Assembly: GCA_041937175.2 (NCBI GenBank)
Contig: CP166615.1
Span: 416,001-480,000, forward strand
Direction of reading: 5' to 3'
From: Limnothrix sp. BL-A-16
Lineage (GTDB): Bacteria > Cyanobacteriota > Cyanobacteriia > CACIAM-69d
Length of the DNA: 64,000 nt
A program made the position numbers and the translations under genes. Below the pieces are notes generated by a model. That model ran no database searches. It saw nothing but the letters and a program-made list of their open reading frames with translations, and had not been told where the DNA came from. Of this stretch, positions 21,430-32,717 are shown in pieces (the stretch's first letter is position 1; each line of letters opens with the position of its first letter).

Positions 21430-22503
21430 ATGGTTGCTTCCTCAACTCCCCAGTTAATCCCGATCGTCTTGGCCGGTGGCAAGGGTGAGCGGTTTTGGCC
21501 CCTCAGTCGCCGTCAGTTTCCCAAGCAGTTTCTTTGTTTGGATGGCAGCGGCCGCAGTTTGTTGCAAGCGACGATCGATCGCCTGATTCCGTTGGCGGGG
21601 GCGGCGGAGCATGTTTGGGTGGTGACGGGCCAACACCTGGAAGCCACGGCCCGCGAACAGTTGCCAGAATTACCGGCGGCGAATTTTGCAATTGAACCGG
21701 AAGGGCGCGACACGGCCCCGGCCCTGGCTTGGGCAACCCTGGAGGCGGCCAAGCAATATGGCGATGAGGCAGTGTTGGGCTTTTTCCCAGCGGATCACTG
21801 GATTGGGGATGGGGAAGCGTTTGCCCAAACCCTGGCGGCGGCGGCGACCCTGGCCCGCACGGAGGGGGCGATCGTCACCTTGGGCATTACGCCAACCCAG
21901 CCGGCCACGGGCTATGGCTACATCGAACAGGGCGAGGCCTTAGGAGACTTTGCGGGACTGCCGGGCTATCGCGTCAGCCGATTCACGGAAAAGCCCGATC
22001 GCGATCGAGCGGAACAGTTCCTCGCCAGCGGTCGCTATAGCTGGAATAGCGGCATGTTTGTGTTTCAGGCCAAGACGGTGATTGCGGAATTAGAGCGGCA
22101 CGCTCCGGAAATTATCGAACCGCTGCGGGCGGAAGGGGTGGCGGCCTATGGCCAGGTTCCCAAGTTGAGCGTGGACTATGCGTTGATGGAAAAGACCGAT
22201 CGCGCCTGTATTGTTCCGGCGGCCTTTGCTTGGGATGACTTGGGTGATTGGAACGCGATCGAGCGGCTGTTAAAGGGCGATCGGACCAATGTGGATTTGG
22301 CTCAACATTTGGCTTTGGAGACAACCGGGGCGATCGTTTACAGCAGTGATCCCGAAGAGTTAGTGGTCACCATTGGCCTGGAGGATGTGGTGGTGGTGCG
22401 CGATGGGAATGTGACCTTGATTGTGGCGAAGGATCGCACCCAAGATATTAAGGCGGCGGTGAAGGCGGTGCAGGATCATCCTGAATGGCTCGATCGGCTC
22501 TAA
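21430..22503 (+). CDS. manC: Mannose-1-phosphate guanylyltransferase
   Basis: IVLAGGKGERFWPLSR..PKQF, EPEGRDTAPA, PADH, TGYGYI, FTEKP, WNSGMF and WDDLGDW motifs. Confidence 0.93.
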   Translation: MVASSTPQLIPIVLAGGKGERFWPLSRRQFPKQFLCLDGSGRSLLQATIDRLIPLAGAAEHVWVVTGQHLEATAREQLPELPAANFAIEPEGRDTAPALAWATLEAAKQYGDEAVLGFFPADHWIGDGEAFAQTLAAAATLARTEGAIVTLGITPTQPATGYGYIEQGEALGDFAGLPGYRVSRFTEKPDRDRAEQFLASGRYSWNSGMFVFQAKTVIAELERHAPEIIEPLRAEGVAAYGQVPKLSVDYALMEKTDRACIVPAAFAWDDLGDWNAIERLLKGDRTNVDLAQHLALETTGAIVYSSDPEELVVTIGLEDVVVVRDGNVTLIVAKDRTQDIKAAVKAVQDHPEWLDRL

Positions 22504-22541
22504 CGCGATCACCCGAGTAATCAACGGAAACAAGGGGCTTA

Positions 22542-22683
22542 GGGACTGTCGCCAAATCGCCTGAAACCCTGATTCCACCGTTGGCAGCTCGTGGGGGGCA
22601 AGGGGCTTGAGCATCTTGTTACAACGACTGGGATATGGAAAATCAATCGTTTCCACCTGATCTTAGGAAATGACGACAGGCCC
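22542..22683. mobile_element. 142-bp MITE with 13-bp TIRs and TA duplication, inserted into a REP-like palindrome
   Basis: GGGACTGTCGCCA (22542-54) vs TGACGACAGGCCC (22671-83), 11/13 inverted match; TA at 22540-41 and, after removing the IS, TA at 24008-09; empty site CAAGGGGCTTAAGTCCCTTG. Confidence 0.7.
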
Positions 22684-22691
22684 TTGTATGT

Positions 22692-23953
<1,262 letters not shown>

Positions 23954-23980
23954 GCTTTACATTTTGTCACTTTCAGACCC

Positions 23981-24008
23981 TTGCGCCTCCTCGGCGAACA
24001 CAGTATCT
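23981..24008 (+). promoter_or_regulatory. Split promoter of the IS110 circle: -35 TTGCGC, 17-bp spacer, -10 TATCT+T completed on circularisation
   Basis: TTGCGC at 23981-86 and TATCT at 24004-08; joining to T22685 gives TATCTT; integrated form reads TATCTA. Confidence 0.6.
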
Positions 24009-24113
24009 AAGTCCCTTGCCTGGCGCTCAGGATTCTGATTTTTGATGTCGGTAGAGATTTTGAGTTGTGCTCTAATCAAAGATCTTTGACGGTGCTCGTT
24101 TTCCTACCTTCCT

Positions 24114-24605
24114 ATGGCTTTGCCCCCCTTGCCGGCCGCTTGCTGGCTGATTAAATCTGAACCCACGACTTACTCGATCGCCCATCTAGAGCGCGATCGA
24201 CAGACCCTGTGGGATGGCGTGCGGAACTATCAAGCGCGTAACTTTCTGCAAGCGATGCAGCCGGGAGATTGGGCGTTTTTTTATCACTCCAATACGGAGC
24301 CACCGGGAATTGCGGGTCTGGCGCAGGTGGCCGCAGCCAATGTAGTGGATCCAACCCAATTTGACCCCAACAGCAAATATTTTGACCCCAAGGCCAGTCC
24401 CGATCGCCCCCGTTGGTTCACGGTGGAAGTGGCCCATCTGCAAACCTTCGATCGGTTCTTATCGTTGGAATGGTTGCGATCGCAATTCACGGCCGATGAG
24501 TTGCTGATTTTGCGACGGGGAAATCGCCTTTCCGTTACGCCGGTCGATCGCCCCGTGGCTGAGCGATTGCTAACCTTGGCCAGCTCGCCTCAAACCTCGC
24601 CTTAA
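24114..24605 (+). CDS. EVE domain protein
   Basis: WLIKSEP, WDGVRNYQARNFL, FFYHS and RLSVTPV motifs. Confidence 0.92.
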   Translation: MALPPLPAACWLIKSEPTTYSIAHLERDRQTLWDGVRNYQARNFLQAMQPGDWAFFYHSNTEPPGIAGLAQVAAANVVDPTQFDPNSKYFDPKASPDRPRWFTVEVAHLQTFDRFLSLEWLRSQFTADELLILRRGNRLSVTPVDRPVAERLLTLASSPQTSP

Positions 24606-24797
24606 ACCTAAAGAGAGCCAAAATAGCGCCAAATTTAAAATTGGGTCACTCAACTCCATCGAACTCCAGCAGGCCGGGGGCTGGAGCGCCTTGCTCCGGC
24701 TTTGGAAAATTGCGCTTTAACCAAATTTTAAAGATAGGTTAAGCTGAGGCAACTGCCATTTTTGCTACGGTCGAGAGCGCGTCCGCCCCCAATCCCC

Positions 24798-25031
24798 ATG
24801 ATTAGCCAAGCCATTGCCCGCTACATCGAAGGTACCGACAGTTCCCACAAACCTTGGTTGCTGGTGCAGCTTCGCCTTGCCAAATTGGAAGAGCAGCGCG
24901 ATCGTCTTTCACCAGCGGAATATTCCCAAGCCCTAGCGGACATTCACCAAGACTTGATGAATTTGGGTGAATGGTGGGTCGGTCGCGAACAGGAAATGTT
25001 TCGACCTCATGGGCCAGGCGGCAACGAGTAA
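24798..25031 (+). CDS. Small hypothetical protein (77 aa), stop overlaps the ppk1 start
   Basis: ATG 24798; helical protein with LMNLGEWWVGRE; TAATG overlap. Confidence 0.65.
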   Translation: MISQAIARYIEGTDSSHKPWLLVQLRLAKLEEQRDRLSPAEYSQALADIHQDLMNLGEWWVGREQEMFRPHGPGGNE

Positions 25032-27259
25032 TGACTAGGGCGCAACGAGCTACCACGGAAAATCCCGATCGACCGGAATCGCAATCGATCGACCTGCAAG
25101 ATCCGCAGTACTACTTCAACCGGGAACTGAGTTGGATTCAGTTCAACCGGCGGGTGCTGCACGAATCCATGGACGATCGCAACCCCCTGTTGGAGCGGTT
25201 GAAGTTCTCTGCAATCTTCAGCTCCAACTTGGATGAATTTTTCATGGTGCGTGTGGCTGCCCTCAAAAAACAGGTGGAGGCGGGTGTGGCCAAGCGGCCC
25301 CCCGACGGGCGATCGCCCCAACAGCAACTGATTGAAATTGCCGAACACCTGCGCCCGATCGTGGCCGACCAACACCAACACTACGCCAAGGTGTTGCGCC
25401 CTCTGCTGGCCGAGCAAGGCATTTACCTGCTGGATTACGTTGACCTGAACCAAGAGCAGCGGGCCTATCTCCATCAGCTCTTTGAGGCGGAAATCTTCCC
25501 GGTGCTCACGCCCTTGGCCGTGGATCCGGGTCATCCCTTTCCTCATATCTCCAACCTCAGCCTGAATCTGGCGGTGGTGGTTCAAGACCCCGAAACCCAG
25601 GAAGATCACTTTGGGCGAGTGAAGGTTCCCGAAAGCTTACCCCGCTTTTTGCCCTTGGCGGCCGATAGTCTGGATCCGGCCACCCTCAGTGCCGATTGGG
25701 TGGGGGCCAATCCCGGTAAGCCGGTTTGGGTTTGCGTGGCGATCGAGCAGGTGATTGCTCACAACCTGGAAAGCCTGTTTCCGGGCATGAATATCCTGGA
25801 ATATCAGCCCTTTCGGGTCACCCGCAACGCGGACATCGCCGTGGCGGAAGACGAGGCCGATGATCTGCTGCTGGCGATCGAACAGGAATTGCGAAAACGG
25901 CGCTTGGGCGGTTCCGTGGTGCGGCTGGAGGTGCTGGACACCATGCCCACGGAAATTAGCGATCGACTGCTCGAAGAGTTGGAAATTACCGCCGAGAGCG
26001 TCTATCCCGTCACCGGTCTGCTGGGGCTGCGGGACTTCATGGCCTTTTTGGGCTTACCTTTGCCCCATTTGAAGGATCCGTCCTGGAACCCAGTGATTCC
26101 TAAGCGGGTGCAGCGCCTGCCGGAACCTTCGGAAAGTGTGCAGTCCCCAGAGGAAGAGGAAGTCAGCGACTTTTTCACAGAAATTCGCCGTCAAGACTTG
26201 CTGTTGCACCATCCCTATCACTCCTTTTCGGCCACGGTGCAGCGGTTTATCACGGAAGCGGCCCGCGATCCGAATGTGCTGACGATCAAGATGACCCTGT
26301 ATCGCACCTCTGGCGACTCCCCGATCGTCCATGCCCTAATTGATGCGGCGGAAAACGGCAAACAGGTGGTGGTGTTGGTGGAACTCAAGGCTCGGTTTGA
26401 TGAAGAAAACAACATCAACTGGGCCCGCAAGCTGGAAAGCGCCGGGGTGCATGTGGTTTATGGCTTGGTGGGCCTGAAAACCCACACCAAGATTGTGCTG
26501 GTGGTGCGCAAGGAGCCGGAGGGCCTGCGCCGCTACGTCCATATTGGAACCGGAAACTATAACCCCAAAACCGCCAAGCTCTACACCGATGTGGGGCTGC
26601 TCAGTTGCCGGCCGGAGCTGGGGGCTGACTTGACCGATTTGTTCAATTACCTAACGGGTTATTCTCGCCAACGCGCCTATCGCAAGCTGTTGGTGGCCCC
26701 GGTGAACATGCGCGATCGAATGGTGGCCTTGATTCAGCGGGAGCGCGACTGGGCCCGCCAGGGTCAACAGGGGCGGGTTGTGGCCAAAATGAACGCCCTG
26801 GTGGATCCGGTGGTGATTCGGGCGCTGTATGAAGCCTCCCAAGCGGGGGTGCAGGTGGATTTGATTGTGCGGGGAATTTGTTGTTTGCGGCCGGGTTTGC
26901 CGGGCCTGAGCGACCATATCCGCGTGGTCAGCATTGTGGGCCGCTTTTTGGAACATTCCCGCATTTTCTATTTCCACAATGGCGGCCAAGATGAGCTGTA
27001 TATTGGCAGTGCCGATTGGATGCCCCGCAATTTGACGCGACGGGTGGAGGCGGTCACCCCGATCGAGGATCCGGACTTGGTGCAAGAGTTGCAAGCGATT
27101 TTGGGCGTAATGTTGGCCGACACCCGCAACGCTTGGGAACTGCAATCGGATGGGATCTATAACCAACGACAACCCCTTGGTAAATCAGATCCGCAAGCTT
27201 CCCAGGTGGTGTTGATGCAGTTGGCGGAACAGGAAGCGGTGTTGAAGGATGACGATTAG
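25031..27259 (+). CDS. ppk1: Polyphosphate kinase 1
   Basis: YFNRELSW, SNLDEFFMVRVA, HHPYHSF, IKMTLYR, ELKARFDE, KTHTK and RFLEHSRI motifs. Confidence 0.97.
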   Translation: MTRAQRATTENPDRPESQSIDLQDPQYYFNRELSWIQFNRRVLHESMDDRNPLLERLKFSAIFSSNLDEFFMVRVAALKKQVEAGVAKRPPDGRSPQQQLIEIAEHLRPIVADQHQHYAKVLRPLLAEQGIYLLDYVDLNQEQRAYLHQLFEAEIFPVLTPLAVDPGHPFPHISNLSLNLAVVVQDPETQEDHFGRVKVPESLPRFLPLAADSLDPATLSADWVGANPGKPVWVCVAIEQVIAHNLESLFPGMNILEYQPFRVTRNADIAVAEDEADDLLLAIEQELRKRRLGGSVVRLEVLDTMPTEISDRLLEELEITAESVYPVTGLLGLRDFMAFLGLPLPHLKDPSWNPVIPKRVQRLPEPSESVQSPEEEEVSDFFTEIRRQDLLLHHPYHSFSATVQRFITEAARDPNVLTIKMTLYRTSGDSPIVHALIDAAENGKQVVVLVELKARFDEENNINWARKLESAGVHVVYGLVGLKTHTKIVLVVRKEPEGLRRYVHIGTGNYNPKTAKLYTDVGLLSCRPELGADLTDLFNYLTGYSRQRAYRKLLVAPVNMRDRMVALIQRERDWARQGQQGRVVAKMNALVDPVVIRALYEASQAGVQVDLIVRGICCLRPGLPGLSDHIRVVSIVGRFLEHSRIFYFHNGGQDELYIGSADWMPRNLTRRVEAVTPIEDPDLVQELQAILGVMLADTRNAWELQSDGIYNQRQPLGKSDPQASQVVLMQLAEQEAVLKDDD

Positions 27260-27293
27260 TTGTCGCTAGTGGTGGATTGATTGATCAATTGCG

Positions 27294-28877
27294 GTGGCGG
27301 ATACGGTGGCAGCGTTGCCTGATGCCCAAGGCCTGGGGGCCAAAAGTTCTGTAGCCGAAAACCCTGTGGCCGAAAACAAGGAGCCGATCGCCCCTGAATT
27401 GCTTCGGCAACGGCTCCGATCGGCCATTTGCGATCGGCCCCAGGACTCGGATTTATACGTGCAGTTCGCCCAGGTTCTAGCCCAACTGCAACGTTGGCCG
27501 GCGGCGGCCCTGGCCCTGTGGCGGGCGGCGGAGTTGGCTCCTGCTAACTGGCGGTTGTGGCTGCAAGGGGCCCAGGTGGCGGAAGGGCTGGGCGATCGCC
27601 CGATGGCGATTCGGGCCTACTTGCGATCGCTCCAGACCAATGGCAACGGGGCCACCTGCTGTTTTCGGGTGGCGCGGCTGCTGCGGGAATTGGGGCGCGA
27701 TCAGGAAGCGGCCGACTGTGAGCGCTGGCAACTGCCCCCCGCGATCGTCCAGGAATTCGCGCGGTTGGACTATCCCTTGCATTGGTGCTCCGCCGCCGAT
27801 TTACCCGCAGCACAAACCCGCTGGCTAGAGCCGATCGCGCCCTATCCTCCCCTCAAAGCTGCTCAGATGTTGGGGCCTGTGCATCCACACCTGGATCCAG
27901 ACACTGCCCCCCAACTGCCGCCCTGGCCACGCCCTGGGGTGGTAGCCCTTCCCCAGGGGCGGGCCCAAATTTCCCAGTTGGGGATCTGTATTACCACGGC
28001 CGATCATCAAGTTATCCAGGAACTGTCCTCGGGGATTGCACCCTTGCAGGCGGTGAGCCAGCCACCCCCCGTTCGGAAGTTGCCGGGTACGGCAGCCTTT
28101 TTGTCTGTGCGGTTTCGGCCCAACTATTGGCATTGGATGGTGGACTGTTTGCCCCGGTTGGCTTGGTTGGCGGAGGCGGGGTTTGAGCGATCGGCGATCG
28201 ATTGGTGGGTGTTCGATCGCCTCGACTATCCCTTTCAATTCGCCACCCTGGAGCGCTTGGGCATTGACCCTGATCGCGTCGTTTCCAGCGATCGTCATCC
28301 CCACCTTCAAGCCGATCGGCTCTTGGCCCTACCATCTTTGGGCCGCTGCACCCCCATTGCTGATAACACCTTCACTCCCCAGACCCGCGAATTTTTGCGC
28401 CGGGAATTTTTACCGCTGGCAACGGCGATCGATCCGGCCCACTGTCCCGATCGGCTCTACATCACAAGGCGCAACAATGTGCAGCATCGCCGGTTTTTAA
28501 ACGAAGCGGAAATTTTGCCCCTGTTGACCCAACGAGGGTTTCAGGCGGTGGATCTCGATGGTCTCAGCCTGGGTCACCAAGCTGCCCTGTTCCAGCGGGC
28601 CCGCGCCATTGTGGCTCCCCATGGCGCAGGTTTGACCAATTTGGCCTACGCCGAACCGGGCGCAACGGTGATTGAGCTATTTCCACCACGCTACGTGGCG
28701 AACTTCTTTTGGTTGGTGGCCAACTGTAGCCATTTGAACTATTGGGCCCTGTTGGGGCGCGAAACGTTGCCACCCTTGCCGATCGGGGACTGGATGGCCC
28801 AGGCCCAAGCCTATCGAGATGATTTGGAAATCGATCCTCAGGCCTTGGCAACCATCCTCGATCGGGCAAATTTATAG
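27294..28877 (+). CDS. TPR-containing glycosyltransferase family 61 (DUF563-type) protein
   Basis: N-terminal TPR-like helices; NYWHWMVDCLPRL, RLYITR, RRFLNE, IVAPHGAGLTN and VIELFP motifs. Confidence 0.85.
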   Translation: MADTVAALPDAQGLGAKSSVAENPVAENKEPIAPELLRQRLRSAICDRPQDSDLYVQFAQVLAQLQRWPAAALALWRAAELAPANWRLWLQGAQVAEGLGDRPMAIRAYLRSLQTNGNGATCCFRVARLLRELGRDQEAADCERWQLPPAIVQEFARLDYPLHWCSAADLPAAQTRWLEPIAPYPPLKAAQMLGPVHPHLDPDTAPQLPPWPRPGVVALPQGRAQISQLGICITTADHQVIQELSSGIAPLQAVSQPPPVRKLPGTAAFLSVRFRPNYWHWMVDCLPRLAWLAEAGFERSAIDWWVFDRLDYPFQFATLERLGIDPDRVVSSDRHPHLQADRLLALPSLGRCTPIADNTFTPQTREFLRREFLPLATAIDPAHCPDRLYITRRNNVQHRRFLNEAEILPLLTQRGFQAVDLDGLSLGHQAALFQRARAIVAPHGAGLTNLAYAEPGATVIELFPPRYVANFFWLVANCSHLNYWALLGRETLPPLPIGDWMAQAQAYRDDLEIDPQALATILDRANL

Positions 28878-28916
28878 AAATCAGACAACTATTGCAACTC
28901 CAGTTGCTGATCAGAC

Positions 28917-29174
28917 CTAGACCAAAGCCGGAGCCAAATCTGCTGCGGTCAGTTGGTTCGGTGTGAGGTTGGCGATTTTGGCTAGGAGCGTTGTGCCGTT
29001 GCTGAGGTTCAAGAAGCCATCACTTACCGCAAGGCTAAGAGACTCGAAGGTAATTCCAGTGGGCAAAACGAGGCGATCGATCCCGTCTTCAAAATCAAGA
29101 ATCGTCTCCGTACCTTCACCAATTACAAAGCGATCGCTCCCCGCGCCACCGATTAGAGTGTCATCGCCCCGATC
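28917..29174. repeat. About 258-bp duplicated 3' end shared with 32819-33076
   Basis: Long near-identical nucleotide stretches; both proteins end ...LLAKIANLTPNQLTAADLAPALV. Confidence 0.9.
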
Positions 29175-31949
29175 TCCGCTGAGCAGATCATCGCCAGAAC
29201 CACCAGAGAGCAGATCTGCACCCTGACCGCCAAACAGGAGATCGTTGCCAGCGCCGCCAATGAGCTGGTCATCCTGTTGGTTGCCATAAAGAGTATCGTT
29301 CCCCTCGCCACCCATCAAAAAATCAGCCCCCGCGTCTGTGGCCGCCCCGGGCAGACTGCGATCGCCAAACAACAAATCATTGCCCGACCCGCCCAAGACC
29401 GTATCAGGGCCCAAGTCACCCGACAGGAAATCATCCCCCGCCTCACCGTTCAGCCAATCTTGATCACGGCCACCCGCAAGCAAATCATGGCCTTCTCCCC
29501 CAAAAAGATAATCCTTGCCCTGTTTGCCAATTAATTGATCATTGCCCCCAAGTCCCAATAGATAGTCGTCGTTTGCTTGGCCGTTCAGTTGCTCATGCTC
29601 CTCGCTGCCAAGTTGTTGTGTTGCATCTGACGGAATGATTGGTTCACTGAAGGATGGCACATCAAATAGAAGGCTGGAGTCAAAGGGAAGACTGCCTGTG
29701 ATTGGAAAGCGATAGGTTGGCGGGTCGCCATCGGTCTTCAGAACAACCTGACCTGAGTATTGACCCGCTGGTCCGCTGAGTTGGAGCGTGATGGGAGCGG
29801 ATTGCCCTGGCAACACCACTTCAGGCAGCGGGCTAACCAAGCTAAATCCAGTGGGCAACTCCAAGCCAAAGATCTTAAGAGGATAAGGACTGAGGCTAGC
29901 GATGGTCAGCAAAGGGAACTGCCCCTGATTTTCGGGAGTGGCCTCAAAGCGAGTTGGAACGTTGGTGTTGTTCAGGATCGTTGGGCCGTTGTTGCCGAAA
30001 TTGAGCGAAAAGTAAGCAGGGGGCGGGGGAGCCGCCACGATTGGAATGCTGGGCGCGGGCGCAGGGGCAGGCGTTGGGATCGGGGTTGGGGTCGGGGCTG
30101 GTGTTGGTGGCGGGGGAGCAGTGTCGTTATCGGTGATAGAAATGTTTTGACTGGTGGTTGTGCCGAGGGTAATGCCACTGCTGGGGCTGGAAATGGTTAA
30201 TGTGGCAGTCTCCGTAGCTTCAATCAAAGCATCATCAACGATGGTGAAGGTGGCAGTTCCAGTGGTGGCTCCGTTGGGGATGGTAATGGTTGTACCGGAA
30301 AGGGTGTAGTCACCAAGATCAATATCCGCGCCACTCACACTGAGAGTTACAGTTTGTTGACCAGCGACGGCAGAAGAAGCTGTTGCAGTGACAGTTATGG
30401 TGGTGACACTGGCTTCCGTACCGTTGCTAGAACTAACAGAGAGGTTGACCGTGGGTGCTGGACTAATCTTTCGGATGCGTTGGTTAGCCCGATCAATGAC
30501 GTAGAGATTACCACCATAAAATGCTAAGCCAGTAGGATTGGTTACGATTGCCGAAGCAGCCGCAGTACCATCAGGGCTAAAACCACTGTTCGCACCCGTA
30601 CCAGCTATCGTCGAGATACTGCCAGTAATAGCATCTACCTTCCGGATTCGATGATTATTCCGGTCAGCAATGTAGAGATTGCCGTCACTATCAACTGCTA
30701 CGCCATTGGGATATCTCAGTTGTGCCGAGGTTGCCGCACCGTTATCGCCGCTGAAGCCAGTCGTGCCAGTACCCGCAAAAGTGGAAATACTGCCACTAGT
30801 GTCTACTTTCTGAATCCGATTATTGCCCCGGTCAGCAATGTAAAGGTTGCCGCTGTTGTCAATCGCGATACCACCAGGAGCATTCAAACCTGATGCCACG
30901 ACAGTCGAGATGATGCCGCTAGGATCTACCTTCCGAATGCGCGCACCGTTATTTTCAGCGATGTAGAGATTGCCACCACCGAAGGCTACACCGATCGGCT
31001 TGTTGAGTGTCGCCGAGGTTGCCGCACTACCATCACCAGTAGAGCCAGCCGTACCATTACCCGCTACGGTAGTGATATTGCCACTAGTATCTACTTTCCG
31101 AACGCGGTTGTTCTGTTCATCGGCAATGTAGAGATTACCGCTACCATCAAGAGCAATGTTAGTCGGAGCGTTTAACTGTGCCGCAGTTGCTGCACCGCCA
31201 TCACCAGCAAAGCCAGCCGTACCATTACCCGCTACGGTAGTGATATTGCCACTAGTATCTACTTTCCGAATGCGGTGGTTACTGAAGTCGGCAATGTAGA
31301 GATTGCCGCTACTATCGAAAGCTATCCCGTAAGGAGCGTTTAACTGTGCCGCAGTTGCTGCACCGCCATCACCAGCAAAGCCAGCCGTACCATTACCCGC
31401 TACGGTAGTGATGATATTTGCCAAAACGTGGGCATACTCTGCCTGCACAATTTCACTTACGACGGGCAGTGCTTCAATCTGCCCCGTCTTCACCTCTAAA
31501 TCCCAGTCGCCCCCCAGACTAGCCGCCCCCGTCAGGTCTTCGCTAACTGCCACATCTGCCCCCGTCAGGTGCGACAATACCTGCGGCAAGCTGGCACTCG
31601 GCCCCGCCCCCACATTGCAGCCATACAGCAGCAAATCCGCTCCCGGTGCGATCGCTTTTTTCCAACCCTCTAGAGCTTCACTGTAGGTTGTAGCCGCACT
31701 GACCACATCCAGCGCTGAGTTACCTAAAAAGACCCGGTTTGGTTCACCGTGGGAGAAAACATGGATCGAAGCCAGGTCTTGATAATTCTCCAGGGCTTCG
31801 CTAATTTGCTCAATTCCGTCCTGTTCTGGGTCAAGAATTAACGCTTCAGTTCCAGGGGTTAAACCCTCGCGCAGTTGCTCCCAGTCAGGAACTTGCGAAT
31901 CAAAAACAACGAGATTCCGGGGAGTGGTCAACGCCTGTGGAGTAGTCAT
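28917..31949 (-). CDS. Secreted multi-domain protein: DUF4347 + NHL repeats + Calx-beta-like + Pro-rich linker + RTX Ca-binding repeats
   Basis: IHVFSHG..LLLYGCNV..GGDWDLE (DUF4347); repeated P-x-G-[IV]-A-x-D-x-x-GNLYIAD; DDALIEATET; GGxGxDxL nonapeptides. Confidence 0.9.
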   Translation of the reverse strand: MTTPQALTTPRNLVVFDSQVPDWEQLREGLTPGTEALILDPEQDGIEQISEALENYQDLASIHVFSHGEPNRVFLGNSALDVVSAATTYSEALEGWKKAIAPGADLLLYGCNVGAGPSASLPQVLSHLTGADVAVSEDLTGAASLGGDWDLEVKTGQIEALPVVSEIVQAEYAHVLANIITTVAGNGTAGFAGDGGAATAAQLNAPYGIAFDSSGNLYIADFSNHRIRKVDTSGNITTVAGNGTAGFAGDGGAATAAQLNAPTNIALDGSGNLYIADEQNNRVRKVDTSGNITTVAGNGTAGSTGDGSAATSATLNKPIGVAFGGGNLYIAENNGARIRKVDPSGIISTVVASGLNAPGGIAIDNSGNLYIADRGNNRIQKVDTSGSISTFAGTGTTGFSGDNGAATSAQLRYPNGVAVDSDGNLYIADRNNHRIRKVDAITGSISTIAGTGANSGFSPDGTAAASAIVTNPTGLAFYGGNLYVIDRANQRIRKISPAPTVNLSVSSSNGTEASVTTITVTATASSAVAGQQTVTLSVSGADIDLGDYTLSGTTITIPNGATTGTATFTIVDDALIEATETATLTISSPSSGITLGTTTSQNISITDNDTAPPPPTPAPTPTPIPTPAPAPAPSIPIVAAPPPPAYFSLNFGNNGPTILNNTNVPTRFEATPENQGQFPLLTIASLSPYPLKIFGLELPTGFSLVSPLPEVVLPGQSAPITLQLSGPAGQYSGQVVLKTDGDPPTYRFPITGSLPFDSSLLFDVPSFSEPIIPSDATQQLGSEEHEQLNGQANDDYLLGLGGNDQLIGKQGKDYLFGGEGHDLLAGGRDQDWLNGEAGDDFLSGDLGPDTVLGGSGNDLLFGDRSLPGAATDAGADFLMGGEGNDTLYGNQQDDQLIGGAGNDLLFGGQGADLLSGGSGDDLLSGDRGDDTLIGGAGSDRFVIGEGTETILDFEDGIDRLVLPTGITFESLSLAVSDGFLNLSNGTTLLAKIANLTPNQLTAADLAPALV

Positions 31950-32717
31950 CGTTAGGAAGTTGTGATTGTTGGTAGTGGGTAATAGCTAAGAAGGTTCTGA
32001 ATCTCGATGAACCAGTTCGTCTAGCTGCAGAAGTTACTAATTCGCGCAATCCGCTAAACCCAGGGAAAAATGCAACCCTGGCTCACGAAAAATTTGCAGT
32101 GATTATGAAAGATTCCCAAACGATTACCGTTTAGCTGAATCAAGATTGAACGACAAGCGCTGCAATTGATACCAAGGATCGGAATATAGAATTTCGACCT
32201 GAAAGCATCATGAATTCGGAGCCTTGGCGTTCTTGAGTTTCTGTCCCGGAGTCTATTTGGGTATATTTTTTGTCATAAAAGCTTTTGAAAAGCTTGAGAA
32301 ACCATTCCCAAGCTGCAAGAGCCTATTGCCAAGCGTTCCTGGAAAGAAACGCACGGTCATAAAAGTATTTGGGGTAGTTAACTTCCCAATGAAAAACCAG
32401 ATAGTTGGCTTGATAAACATTGTGTAAATGCACACAAATTGATCGGTTCGACGACATCTGTTCGTAAGACTAAGCTTGCTTTTAGTAAAGTGTCAAATTG
32501 AAATTTCAAGATAAATTCTATTCTCGTGTTGACTTTGGTACACTGATCTATTTGATGCATTGCTTTTAACGAGTATGAAAATGTAAAGCTATGGACAAAA
32601 ATGATTTTTTGAAAATTCTCTAGTAAAAATAATTACGAAGTCAAAAATTTTTATACTTCAAGAACTAACTAGATCACTGAATTTAAAATATTTTTGCTCG
32701 CGATCTGGGCAACCAGC

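Noticed and set aside
22597..22620. Alternative IS110 left boundary at GGCAAGGGG-CT-TGAGC (core 22606-07), which would also rebuild a palindrome with the right flank
   Set aside because: The left target guide ACAGGCCCT matches 22676-84 at 9/9 but this site only 5/9; this copy is better explained as a REP-like repeat inside the MITE
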